Translations under genes and position numbers: made by a program | Shown here: positions 9,490 through 18,636 of the stretch, in pieces | Numbering within the stretch: the first letter of the stretch is position 1 | Layout of the letters: each line of letters starts with the position of its first letter | The notes under the pieces: model-generated | The model's input: only the letters and a program-made list of their open reading frames with translations | Told to the model about the DNA's origin: nothing | Databases searched by the model: none | DNA from: Candidatus Woesearchaeota archaeon | GTDB lineage: Archaea; Nanobdellota; Nanobdellia; Woesearchaeales; JAHWHD01 | Assembly: GCA_019323515.1 (NCBI GenBank) | Contig: JAHWHG010000003.1 | Span: 31,873 to 95,872, forward strand | Length of the DNA stretch: 64,000 bases | Reading direction: 5' to 3'

Positions 9490-10871
9490 ATAAGAAAGGT
9501 TTAACATGGAGTGTAATAGTAATATTAATCATTGTATTAGTTGTAGGTTTAGTTGTATTGATGATGTTGTTTGGTGGAAAAGGTTTCTTGAGCAGGCTTG
9601 CTTCTAATATATTAGGATTGAATGTTACATTTGGTGTTGAGCCAAGGCCAGCAGGACCGTTAGTTGCGCAACCTAATGTCGATGCAGATTTTAAGTTGGT
9701 CACTCAAGCGATCAGTTCTGTGCAGAATATGAAGGATTACAGATGCAGGCTTAATCTTAGCGAATGGAAAACTATTGAAGAAGGTTATAGCTTAGTGATG
9801 ACTCCAAAGAATCCTGGAATCTGGGTTGCTTTGAACCAGGATGATAAGATAGTTAAACAGCAGGAATATGCTACACTTCAGCTTTGTTCAATTGAAGCAA
9901 GGGTAGGTTCAAGTTTCCATAATAATTGGGTTAAGAAAGTTTATCCTAGACAGCCTGAGGTACCAAGAAGCGAGACAAAGATTACAGTTGATAAAGATAA
10001 TGTATTTACAAACACTATCAATTATGATGTAGCAAACCTTATGTTATATAAAGTCCTGAATGACAGAATTTGTGTATTGCATACAGCTCCTGTAGCATTG
10101 AAAGATTATTTGAATAACGTCCCTGTATGTTCTTCGGGAGCCTTAGAAGTTAATTTAAGTTCTTTTGTTGCTGAGATGTCAGATGGTTATGGTTTGGGGT
10201 TTGATTTGTATATCTCTGTGCATGGCAGCCATAAGGAATTGGAGAGTTTACTGAATTCTTCAAGGGACAAGTTTGTTGATGGATTTAAGGATATTAAAAC
10301 AGTAAGTGGCTTGACAAAGGATGAAATCTCCAAGCAACCTGACAATAAATCTTATGTTAAGGAAAAGATAAAGAGCGGAGTTATATCAATATTTCATGGT
10401 GTTGTTGGAAATTATTACTCTGGTTTATTTAATGATCTTAGGCTTTATGATATTCGTATTATTGATAAGGCAAAAGTAAAGCTGCCTAATGAACTAGTTG
10501 AGGCTTTTAATAAAGGGGATTTTGCTAAAGCTGAGCAATTGTATGGTCAATTGCATTCAAAACAGAAATTTGAACCAAATTTTATTGCTTATCCTCTTAA
10601 TATGGATCTTGCAAAGTTTTTTGAAAGCGTATTTGCTAAACAGTCTAAGCAGACTGCAAATCTGAATTATGTTGATAATTTAGGAGCAAAGCATCCTTAT
10701 AAGATCGAGATAACTCAAGTATCAAAAGATAGTTTTGATTTTTCATTCTATATTGATAATGTTAGGAAGGATTGTCATTGGATGTGGGGGATGAGAGGGG
10801 GCACCATTACAAACGATAGAATTAGAGAATCAATTACGTTACAAGATTTTGAGAAGATGTGCAGTTATTAA
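9486..10871 (+). CDS. Class-III signal peptide (pilin-like) protein of 461 aa with a large extracellular domain.
   Basis: The N-terminus is MNKKG followed by LTWSVIVILIIVLVVGLVVLMMLFGG. Confidence 0.5.
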   Translation: MNKKGLTWSVIVILIIVLVVGLVVLMMLFGGKGFLSRLASNILGLNVTFGVEPRPAGPLVAQPNVDADFKLVTQAISSVQNMKDYRCRLNLSEWKTIEEGYSLVMTPKNPGIWVALNQDDKIVKQQEYATLQLCSIEARVGSSFHNNWVKKVYPRQPEVPRSETKITVDKDNVFTNTINYDVANLMLYKVLNDRICVLHTAPVALKDYLNNVPVCSSGALEVNLSSFVAEMSDGYGLGFDLYISVHGSHKELESLLNSSRDKFVDGFKDIKTVSGLTKDEISKQPDNKSYVKEKIKSGVISIFHGVVGNYYSGLFNDLRLYDIRIIDKAKVKLPNELVEAFNKGDFAKAEQLYGQLHSKQKFEPNFIAYPLNMDLAKFFESVFAKQSKQTANLNYVDNLGAKHPYKIEITQVSKDSFDFSFYIDNVRKDCHWMWGMRGGTITNDRIRESITLQDFEKMCSY

Positions 10872-10882
10872 GTTTGTTGTTA

Positions 10883-11623
10883 TCAATTCTTTTGTGTTGT
10901 GAAGTTAGGATTTGTGTTGGTAGGATCTTCAAGTGTTTGGATTAATTGTTTGATTAGTTTAGGTGTTCTTGGATTGCCCCATTCATTTTTCCAAGATAGA
11001 GGATAAATCGCACCAATGCATGATGGCATTTGTTCATGATATTCGCATTCTACTGTGCCATATGCTATTGTTTTTTCTTTGATCACTTCAACTCCATAGG
11101 AATCATTAGACTTTCTCCAAAATCTAAAAGTCTCTCCTGAATTTCTTATCTGTTGTGAATAAAATCTAATTATTCCCTCTTTTCTTTTATTTCCATGTAA
11201 AATGCCTTTTGGTGTTTTTATCCTACCCATAAGTTTATAGATATCTCCGGTTAGTACTGCTGCGTTAAATCTTACATTGAAGTCGTCCATGTGAAATACT
11301 GAACTAGAGGATCCTGAAGCAAAATGAATCTCTGTTTGCTTTTCTTTATCATATTGGTCTCCTATTATTATCTTGCATCCATAGGAGTATTCAGTAAATC
11401 TTGGGTTTAGTTCTGCAATAAATAAATTAGTATATAATTCAAAGAAGTCTAATGGTTTCCAATCACTATTTACTTCTTGGATTCCAAAATTTGGGTTGTC
11501 TTTAATGTAATCGTTATCTGCAATAAGGAATAATCTTTTATTGTTCTTATCATCAATAAGGCTCATAAAATATAATTCTGGTTTGTTATTGTTGGGCCTT
11601 ATGAAATAAAAGTAATTCAACAT
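10883..11623 (-). CDS. Hypothetical protein of 246 aa, directly adjacent to and co-directional with the lipase-like gene.
   Basis: It is a long ORF with no recognisable motif. It abuts the stop of the upstream ORF (11624). Confidence 0.4.
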   Translation of the reverse strand: MLNYFYFIRPNNNKPELYFMSLIDDKNNKRLFLIADNDYIKDNPNFGIQEVNSDWKPLDFFELYTNLFIAELNPRFTEYSYGCKIIIGDQYDKEKQTEIHFASGSSSSVFHMDDFNVRFNAAVLTGDIYKLMGRIKTPKGILHGNKRKEGIIRFYSQQIRNSGETFRFWRKSNDSYGVEVIKEKTIAYGTVECEYHEQMPSCIGAIYPLSWKNEWGNPRTPKLIKQLIQTLEDPTNTNPNFTTQKN

Positions 11624-13288
11624 TTAATGATATGGTTCGTGACTTGTTATGTTATCGCTAACTTTGAGGAATATATCCTGTAGGACCTTTGTTTTTGAGC
11701 AGATACAGTGATAATCCCTTATCGATATAATCCTATATCCTTTTGGGTAAGAAATTTTATAATGTCCTTTAGAAGGATTAGGTTCAATGCTATGATTCAA
11801 TAGAAATTCGATTGAAGGATATTCGCCAATTAAATTGTTCTGATTTATCCCAATGAATAACAAAATTTCGTCAATTACCCTCTTGTCAGAAGCTAAATCA
11901 AAATGATTTAGTTCGTATTCTTTTTCTAAGTCATCACTGTTCCAGTTATTTACAGATGATGCTTTGGCATCTGTTACATCAAATATTCCATCATTTCTAT
12001 CCTTACTACTTGGATTTAAATTAACCCTCGATAAAGGGGTCAGAACTAATCTTAGTCTTGACGTATTTTGAGTTCCGATTATATTGAAATAGCTAATTTT
12101 TGGATTTAAACCATTACTGTTTAAAGCTAAAACTTGTGGTATTGTTATATTCTTAAAGTTAGGATCAAGTTGAGATATTGGTTCAGTATAACCTCCTTTA
12201 TTATTTGTTGCAATCAAAATAACCTTGTTAATCCTTAAATCATTATATTGAGGTGACTCAGCCAGAGTTCTTGCGATTATTCCGTCTATTGAGTGTCCAA
12301 TTATGCAGATGTTTGGAGTTTTATGGAAGTTTTGGAGTCTTTTTATTATTGGGTAGAGGTTTGAGGCAGCTTGTTTAACATCAATAGAGATATCACATAC
12401 TGGAACATATGTTAAAAAGTTCACGTTTAAAAATTTATTTCTGACAGCTTCGGCTACTTTTTTATCCTTCACCCTGTTATAAAGTATGACTACAAGTTGT
12501 GTATTTGAATAAGAACCTTGCTTTGCAATGGTTTTTGCTTGTTGTTCATATCCTGTTATTTGTTGTTCAATCTCCTGGTAGGTTTTCCTAACTGCAAGTT
12601 CAAGCGAAATTAAAGGAGGGTATCTTTCAAGGTCTTTGTCGCTTGTCACTACTAAATCGTTTTTTCCTCCATCATTTTCGATGTCTTCTGTGCATTTGTT
12701 TGCTGCAAGTATCAAATTGAATAGTTTATGCGAAGCAATAATTTCTTTTGCTTGATCCTTTGAGAGATATGGCAGATTCTGGAAATCTTCATAGATACTT
12801 ACTCCTTTATTGAATGCTTTTTCTCCAATTTCATGGTAAACAACGGCAACTTTAACAGCAAGTTCACTTGCATGATTCTCAGATGAACTTTTGTTCATGT
12901 TTAGGATTTCTCTAATTCTTTCTATACCTGCACTAGGACTACCAGTGAGAATCATATCAGCTGCAGCTTTGAGGTTTGCTTCTGAGTCTATCAACGCATA
13001 TCCCTGTTTCTTATGTTTTTGCATGATTCTGCCTATTCTAAAATATGGCTTCCCTAATCTTCTTAGTAATCTGGCTTCTTTGAATCTTTTCAGTTCATTT
13101 TTAATTACTAATCTAGAGAATACATCATCTTCTGATGATTGTTGCATTGATGAAATAGATGGTCCAGTTACTTTGGATTCTAGTTTTTCGCTTTTAATAC
13201 ATCCTTGGATTGCTGCTAGGGATATACATGAAGTGAAGGCTAAATATTTACAGAACTTTGATTTCCTAATTTTATCAACTAGGGACAT
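11624..13288 (-). CDS. Putative secreted or lipoprotein alpha/beta-hydrolase (lipase/esterase-like).
   Basis: The N-terminus MSLVDKIRKSKFCKYLAFTSCISLAAIQGC is a signal with a lipobox-like Cys. NICIIGHSIDG resembles a nucleophile elbow. A downstream NDGIFDV resembles the lipase acid motif NDGxV. Confidence 0.45.
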   Translation of the reverse strand: MSLVDKIRKSKFCKYLAFTSCISLAAIQGCIKSEKLESKVTGPSISSMQQSSEDDVFSRLVIKNELKRFKEARLLRRLGKPYFRIGRIMQKHKKQGYALIDSEANLKAAADMILTGSPSAGIERIREILNMNKSSSENHASELAVKVAVVYHEIGEKAFNKGVSIYEDFQNLPYLSKDQAKEIIASHKLFNLILAANKCTEDIENDGGKNDLVVTSDKDLERYPPLISLELAVRKTYQEIEQQITGYEQQAKTIAKQGSYSNTQLVVILYNRVKDKKVAEAVRNKFLNVNFLTYVPVCDISIDVKQAASNLYPIIKRLQNFHKTPNICIIGHSIDGIIARTLAESPQYNDLRINKVILIATNNKGGYTEPISQLDPNFKNITIPQVLALNSNGLNPKISYFNIIGTQNTSRLRLVLTPLSRVNLNPSSKDRNDGIFDVTDAKASSVNNWNSDDLEKEYELNHFDLASDKRVIDEILLFIGINQNNLIGEYPSIEFLLNHSIEPNPSKGHYKISYPKGYRIISIRDYHCICSKTKVLQDIFLKVSDNITSHEPYH

Positions 13289-13329
13289 ATATAATCTAAT
13301 GATTATAATTTATATAAATATTGTTATTA

Positions 13330-13433
13330 TTCATAATATGAGACTTAATTATTAGTAATGTTTTACTGAGTTATTTTAACAAACATTTATATATAAGAAA
13401 ACAATAAATTTCTTTTATAAAGGAGGTGTTGCG
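13330..13433 (+). promoter_or_regulatory. Promoter-like AT-rich region plus a Shine-Dalgarno site for the small pilin gene at 13434.
   Basis: TATA-like tracts include catttatatataa. AAGGAGGTG lies 8 nt before the ATG. Confidence 0.35.
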
Positions 13434-13775
13434 ATGAAGAAAGGTCAGGGCTTTACATGGGAGACTTTGATTACTGCTACTATCGTAATATTGGTAGGAG
13501 TTATTGTAATTTTTATATTTAGAAGCTATATAAATAAGCAGACCGGAGCTATTGATACTCAGCTTGCTTCTTTAGGTGATTGTGATTGTGATGGGATTGC
13601 TAATATGTTTGATGAATGTAAGTGTGAAAAAGGAAGTGCTGAATTTAAGGGTTGTACAAAGGATCCATCACAGATGAAAGATGATGAGAAGAAATGTAAA
13701 TTGACTTCTCTTGATCAGTGTCCAGAGAATAAGTTTCCAGGAAATAAGTGTCCTCCTATTGATATTGCAAAATGA
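13434..13775 (+). CDS. Small pilin-like protein of 113 aa with a class-III signal and a Cys-rich C-terminal domain.
   Basis: The N-terminus is MKKGQ followed by GFTWETLITATIVILVGVIVIFIF. An AAGGAGGTG ribosome-binding site and an AT-rich promoter-like region lie upstream. Nine Cys residues include a CDCDG motif. Confidence 0.55.
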   Translation: MKKGQGFTWETLITATIVILVGVIVIFIFRSYINKQTGAIDTQLASLGDCDCDGIANMFDECKCEKGSAEFKGCTKDPSQMKDDEKKCKLTSLDQCPENKFPGNKCPPIDIAK

Positions 13776-14521
13776 GGACTAAATTTAAAATGAAAAAAGC
13801 AATTGCACCTCAATTTCTTGTATCATTCTTAATTGGGGCTTTACTAATTGTTTCAGTTGTTTTTATCTTAAAGGGATGTGTTGATGTTACTAATGTCGCA
13901 ACTTCAGATTATGAAAGTCTTGTTAGGGAGATGAATAGTCTCCAGCAAGGACAGAGGAAAAGCGTAAGGTTAACTATGGATGATGGCACTGCTTTATTTG
14001 GAATATCTAAAAATGCAGATAAAGTACAAATGACTTCTACAACGCTATGGGGGTTAGTTGACAGCTGGAAACTGACATTTGAACGGCCAGTTCAGTGTAC
14101 AAAGGGTAGTGCTTGTGTGTGCTTATGTAAACGTGATTTAGGTTTGAAGGAGTTTGCAGCCATACGTTCTTATACAATTCGATGTGACCCTAATGCACTT
14201 ACGTGTAAGCCTTTGAGCAGGGATATTTATAGCTCTAACTCTGAAATGTTGAAGAATTCTGATCTGGGTTTAGATGAATCTGATTTTGGGCCTTATAGTT
14301 TTAAGGGCGGCTTCTTTTTTGAGAAGGAATCAGGGTCTAGTTCTCTGGTTGATTTTATCCAGACTGTTGGCGGTACTGTTGATAAGAATATATTTAAAGG
14401 TCTTTCGCAGCAGCATGTGAAATCAGTTACTATTGAGAATTATAAAGATAGAATGGTTGTATGTTTTAAATCTCCTTGTTTTAGTCAGGAGATGAAGGCC
14501 GAGGTTGATAGGAATCCATGA
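13772..14521 (+). CDS. Class-III signal peptide (pilin-like) protein of 249 aa.
   Basis: The N-terminus is MRTKFKMKKA followed by IAPQFLVSFLIGALLIVSVVFIL. An alternative ATG lies at 13790. The start overlaps the upstream stop. Confidence 0.45.
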   Translation: MRTKFKMKKAIAPQFLVSFLIGALLIVSVVFILKGCVDVTNVATSDYESLVREMNSLQQGQRKSVRLTMDDGTALFGISKNADKVQMTSTTLWGLVDSWKLTFERPVQCTKGSACVCLCKRDLGLKEFAAIRSYTIRCDPNALTCKPLSRDIYSSNSEMLKNSDLGLDESDFGPYSFKGGFFFEKESGSSSLVDFIQTVGGTVDKNIFKGLSQQHVKSVTIENYKDRMVVCFKSPCFSQEMKAEVDRNP

Positions 14522-15342
14522 AATCTAGAAAAGCTCAAGCAATGATTTTGATAACTGTACTTGCTATTGTTATTTTTGGCGTTGTTATCGCAAGGGTTGC
14601 AAAGACTGTTGGTACTGATGAAAATCTTATTACTAGGGCAATAGTAAGAAACCATAAGTTGGCTGCGGAGTTAGCAGGGTTTGCACCAGGAAATGTCTAT
14701 TTTTTGAATACAGGAAATATATCTTACGAAACAAAGGTTGTTAATAATCTTATAAGTGTTGATGATAAGAATGCCTTTATTGTATCAAAGACTGTTTTGA
14801 ATGAGCAGTTAGGGAAGCCTAATCAACTTTATTTTGTTAAATCAGGTGAAGTTGTTGATATTTCAACAAATTTTGACAATAAGTCCTTAAAGGCTAGGCA
14901 TTATAATGATATTAGTTTGGGTGGAAGATTTCCAATAGTCTTTGTTTACAAAAGTACTTACCCTCAATTGGCTACTTTAATTGATAGGCTAAAGGATGAT
15001 TTAGTTAAACAGAATTATAATGTAAAGATTAATCCTACAACTCTCGATCCAAGGGATGTTGTTATTGTTTTTGATGCTGTACCAACCAACAATGAAGTTA
15101 TAAAGGTTTATTTTGAGTTGAATAAGGACAAGAGTGTTCAGATGAAAAGCAGAAAATTAGCTGTTTTATTGTTGAATAGTATGTTAAGTGAATTTGAATT
15201 TAATCCTCTTGTCGTACCAGCTTATAAATCCAACCTTGGAGCTTATGATGTTGCTGTAAGGTTAGAGATTGAACAATCAATGCTTGATAAGTATTATTTG
15301 CACACTCCTATAAGGGAAGCGATCATAAAATTTTTGCAGTAA
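14518..15342 (+). CDS. Class-III signal peptide (pilin-like) protein of 274 aa.
   Basis: The N-terminus is MKSRKAQ followed by AMILITVLAIVIFGVVIA. The start overlaps the upstream stop as ATGA. Confidence 0.5.
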   Translation: MKSRKAQAMILITVLAIVIFGVVIARVAKTVGTDENLITRAIVRNHKLAAELAGFAPGNVYFLNTGNISYETKVVNNLISVDDKNAFIVSKTVLNEQLGKPNQLYFVKSGEVVDISTNFDNKSLKARHYNDISLGGRFPIVFVYKSTYPQLATLIDRLKDDLVKQNYNVKINPTTLDPRDVVIVFDAVPTNNEVIKVYFELNKDKSVQMKSRKLAVLLLNSMLSEFEFNPLVVPAYKSNLGAYDVAVRLEIEQSMLDKYYLHTPIREAIIKFLQ

Positions 15343-15343
15343 A

Positions 15344-15802
15344 ATGCCAGAAGAATTTGAAACAGGACAAGCACCAATGTGGTGGATATTTTATGGAATC
15401 ATAATGCCTATATTAGTTATACTGTTTATCTTCTTTATCAGTCAATATAAATCTGTTGCTATTGCACAGACGCATAATGTAGAGACTTTGGGATACCAAC
15501 AGATGTTTCTTAACAGTGACTGTCTTTGCTATCAAGATCATTTGACTGGTAGGTTGTACCCTGGAGTGATTGAAAAAAGTAAGTTTAACAGCCAATGGTT
15601 TAGTAATTGTTTTACTAATAATCCTTTAAATTATGGTTTTAGGTTAACTCTTATCGACCATGTTGGGAAGATACTTGGTCAGGTGTCAAAGGATATTAAT
15701 ACTAATTTTAAAAGTACAAAGAGCGTTGTCCCGATCCTTGTAAGAGATAACAATGGATATTATAATGCAAAGCTTGAGGTTGAGGTGTGGTTTGGTGGAT
15801 AA
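15344..15802 (+). CDS. Membrane-anchored protein of 152 aa, possibly an atypical pilin-like protein.
   Basis: The N-terminus is MPEEFETGQ followed by APMWWIFYGIIMPILVILFIFFI. It has the G-Q-hydrophobic pattern but an acidic rather than basic leader. Confidence 0.35.
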   Translation: MPEEFETGQAPMWWIFYGIIMPILVILFIFFISQYKSVAIAQTHNVETLGYQQMFLNSDCLCYQDHLTGRLYPGVIEKSKFNSQWFSNCFTNNPLNYGFRLTLIDHVGKILGQVSKDINTNFKSTKSVVPILVRDNNGYYNAKLEVEVWFGG

Positions 15803-16325
15803 AAAAGCTATGAGGCCTTATGCAGATTTTGTAGCTGCTTTGTTAATATTGGCAGTTTTTTATTTTACTTATTTTAACATTGCCTATGGCGGCCAGATTA
15901 AGCAAATAGAAAGTAAGGTTGAGGAAGCTACAATAAATTTTGGTAATGGTTATCTTATTTTTACTTACCTTAATTCGCCAATTTTCGGTCAAGGCGCTGA
16001 TGCATCACACTTAAAAAACATTCCTGGTCTTGATTCTTCAACGATTAATGAACTTACTAAGGATTTCAATTATCTTAAGAAATTGACTTATGCGGATTTA
16101 ATAGTCCTGCATGAAGCTAGTGGTAATGATGCTTATAGTATCTTGTTAAAGGAGCTTTCAACTGCTGAGCTTGATAGATTGGTAGGGAAGGATAAGTGGA
16201 GATTGAATATAGATGGGGATTTTTATGGAAGAAGTTTTGTAAGTGCTAATACTTTTTCATACTATACTATGCTTCAAGGTTTAGATTATAAGGATTTGAG
16301 GATTGAATTGTATGTTGAGAAATAA
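15795..16325 (+). CDS. Class-III signal peptide (pilin-like) protein.
   Basis: It has a GTG start. The N-terminus is (M)DKKAMRPYADFVAALLILAVFYFTYF. The ORF track begins at an upstream in-frame ATG at 15753 that overlaps the previous gene. Confidence 0.4.
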   Translation: MDKKAMRPYADFVAALLILAVFYFTYFNIAYGGQIKQIESKVEEATINFGNGYLIFTYLNSPIFGQGADASHLKNIPGLDSSTINELTKDFNYLKKLTYADLIVLHEASGNDAYSILLKELSTAELDRLVGKDKWRLNIDGDFYGRSFVSANTFSYYTMLQGLDYKDLRIELYVEK

Positions 16326-17253
16326 GAAGTCACAATTATTGATTGGAATTGCAGCTGCTTTAATATTAGGTGTAGTGATATTTAGCATTTATGCTGCAAG
16401 GCAAGTACGTGAAGGTGGTGTGAAAGCTTTTGTTGGCGAGGAGCAGATTGAACTTATTGCAGCTTATCAAGCGGTGGGGGATGATCTTTTTTATATCGAT
16501 AAGGCTGCTGAGTTTGCTTTACACAAAACATTATTTGATTTTGCTAATAATGGAGGTCTTATGAGGTCTAGTTGTATTACTGCGGATGGTAATCTTTGGT
16601 CAGGTGGTTGTTTCCCTAAAGAGCTTGAGAAAAATTTTGAATATTACTATGCCTTAAACTTCAAGCCGAATGCTGCGCTTTATTCGTATATTGATTACGA
16701 TTTTGTTGTGTTTAATGGATTAGAGGTAATTGGTATAAGTGATGAACCTTTAAGTTTTACGATTGCTTCTCCTAGAACTAATAAAGATATTGGAAGATTT
16801 GAGGTAAGACCGGATTTCCATGTAAAAGTTGATTATGATTTAGAGGTGTATAATAAGTTGGGCGTGTTAGCTGCTCAGCTAGAGGAATGCAAGACTGATA
16901 CTTTGAGGTGTGTGAGTACGAAGATGGGTGATTTTATGGCAAATAACCCAATTGAGGTTTATCTTGAGGATTGTAATACTCCTGGTTCAAGCCTTCCAGC
17001 TGACTTTTCTAGTAAACATATATTGAGGTTTTGTGCTCGCGAAATTGATAAGAAGTTTATGACAAAAAATGGTTTTAAAGCGCCTGAGATTAAATTTGCT
17101 GTTGATGTTTTGCAGACTGGAACAAGTGTTTCTTCACCAGCTGTTCCTAGTGCAGTTCCTTCGCAGCCTTCAGCATCAGCTACTGGTATTGGACCTAGTG
17201 TTACAAGTAGTACCACTTTGGGAGGTAGAACTGTTTATATTGTAAAACTGTGA
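16312..17253 (+). CDS. Class-III signal peptide (pilin-like) protein with a Ser/Pro/Thr-rich C-terminus.
   Basis: The N-terminus is MLRNKKSQ followed by LLIGIAAALILGVVIFSIYAA. The C-terminus is SSPAVPSAVPSQPSASATG. Confidence 0.5.
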   Translation: MLRNKKSQLLIGIAAALILGVVIFSIYAARQVREGGVKAFVGEEQIELIAAYQAVGDDLFYIDKAAEFALHKTLFDFANNGGLMRSSCITADGNLWSGGCFPKELEKNFEYYYALNFKPNAALYSYIDYDFVVFNGLEVIGISDEPLSFTIASPRTNKDIGRFEVRPDFHVKVDYDLEVYNKLGVLAAQLEECKTDTLRCVSTKMGDFMANNPIEVYLEDCNTPGSSLPADFSSKHILRFCAREIDKKFMTKNGFKAPEIKFAVDVLQTGTSVSSPAVPSAVPSQPSASATGIGPSVTSSTTLGGRTVYIVKL

Positions 17254-17259
17254 TGAAAA

Positions 17260-18636
17260 ATGAACAAAAAAGTTGTAATATTCACGATTATGCTTTGTAT
17301 CTTGCCTTTTGTTATGGGGCAAAACTATTCAAATATTATTGATGAAATTCCTTTAATTAAGACACCAACTGAATATAATCAGATTAAAGATTTGATTGAG
17401 GGTTTTAATAATAATATAATTATTGAGATTACAAATAAGAACATTGATGTTAACAATGAAGTTGATTATCTCTCTAACCGTCTTAGTAAGGACTCATGCA
17501 ATGTTGTTATATTAATGCTTAACTATGAGCTTAAAGTTTCTCCTGATAAATGTAATTTTGACCAGTCTTATCTCAAGAGTCCTGCAATTATTAATGCATT
17601 GCAGACAGAGGATTATATTGGTGCGTTAGTTAACCTTATTCATTATGTAATTGAAAATAATCCCATTAAATCAAAGGAAGAATCGCAGCAAACAAAGCCT
17701 CTACAGGTTTTGAGACCTGGAGAGATTAATCGTGATGCTCTTTTTAAGGTTCTTATAGTCCCTGTTGATTGGAAAAATAAGGCTATATATTTATCTGAAG
17801 CAAGTTACGTTAGAGAAAAAATTAAATCTGCATTTCCATTTGGGGGTTGTGAGGATAAGATTGAAGTGATTATTCCTGAGTTATTGGATTATGGCGATTC
17901 TTGGCGAGATAGTTCCTGTTATGTCCCTTATCAGCACTGTAATACTTTTAGGTTATTAACCCCGCTTGCGGAAATACCCAATAAACCTTATAGCGTTCTT
18001 AGTCAACTTGATTTTATATACAATTGTGCTAAGCAATATCAATCTAAAACAGGTATTTCATTTGATAGAGTGATTGGATTAATAGAAGAAGATTTAAGTC
18101 CTCATGCGGAAAAATGTTCTGATGGAATGTCTGGTGGTGGTTGGACATTTATGTATTCTCCTGTTATTATCAGTCATAAGGATTCTGTTATCCATGAGTT
18201 AGGGCACACTTTTGGTTTTAATGAGCAGTATTGTGACATGGAATATAAAGCTGTTTCACCTCAATATTATAATAGCCGAGTGTTTAATCCATCATTTTTT
18301 GTTAAAAATCCATTATTTGATTCACAAAAAACGCAACTTTGTGGTATGTATGATTTAGTTAACCCTTTGCAACCTTCTCTTGGTTGTGCAGGGGCGTTGG
18401 ATAAGGGTTGTTTTAATGCTTTTGACGACGATGGTGATACGATGATGTTAGGTAATTATGATAGGTTTGCAAAAGATACTAATGGAGACGGTAAGTTGGA
18501 TTCTGGTGCAAGGACTGCAATGTCTAGTGGTTTTAATTATGATATCAATGAGTTCAATCATCTTAAGAAGTTTCTTGGATGTGATAAACAATTTTCACAA
18601 AGTTATTTAAGGGCTAATTCGCCTGGGAGGTATTGA
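17260..18636 (+). CDS. Secreted zinc metalloprotease (metzincin-like, HExxHxxG).
   Basis: The N-terminus MNKKVVIFTIMLCILPFVMG-QNY is a Sec-type signal peptide. The motif HELGHTFGFNEQYCDM is HExxHxxG followed by Cys/Met, as in metzincin and archaemetzincin-like enzymes. Confidence 0.55.
   Translation: MNKKVVIFTIMLCILPFVMGQNYSNIIDEIPLIKTPTEYNQIKDLIEGFNNNIIIEITNKNIDVNNEVDYLSNRLSKDSCNVVILMLNYELKVSPDKCNFDQSYLKSPAIINALQTEDYIGALVNLIHYVIENNPIKSKEESQQTKPLQVLRPGEINRDALFKVLIVPVDWKNKAIYLSEASYVREKIKSAFPFGGCEDKIEVIIPELLDYGDSWRDSSCYVPYQHCNTFRLLTPLAEIPNKPYSVLSQLDFIYNCAKQYQSKTGISFDRVIGLIEEDLSPHAEKCSDGMSGGGWTFMYSPVIISHKDSVIHELGHTFGFNEQYCDMEYKAVSPQYYNSRVFNPSFFVKNPLFDSQKTQLCGMYDLVNPLQPSLGCAGALDKGCFNAFDDDGDTMMLGNYDRFAKDTNGDGKLDSGARTAMSSGFNYDINEFNHLKKFLGCDKQFSQSYLRANSPGRY

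Noticed and set aside
8377-9703. Minus-strand ORFs 8377..8625, 8564..8746, 9042..9476 and 9482..9703.
   Set aside because: They are antisense to tightly packed pilin-like genes. They are Ile/Asn-rich with no start context.
12891-13355. 154-aa plus-strand ORF.
   Set aside because: It is antisense to the 5' end of the lipase-like gene and runs into the AT-rich promoter region.
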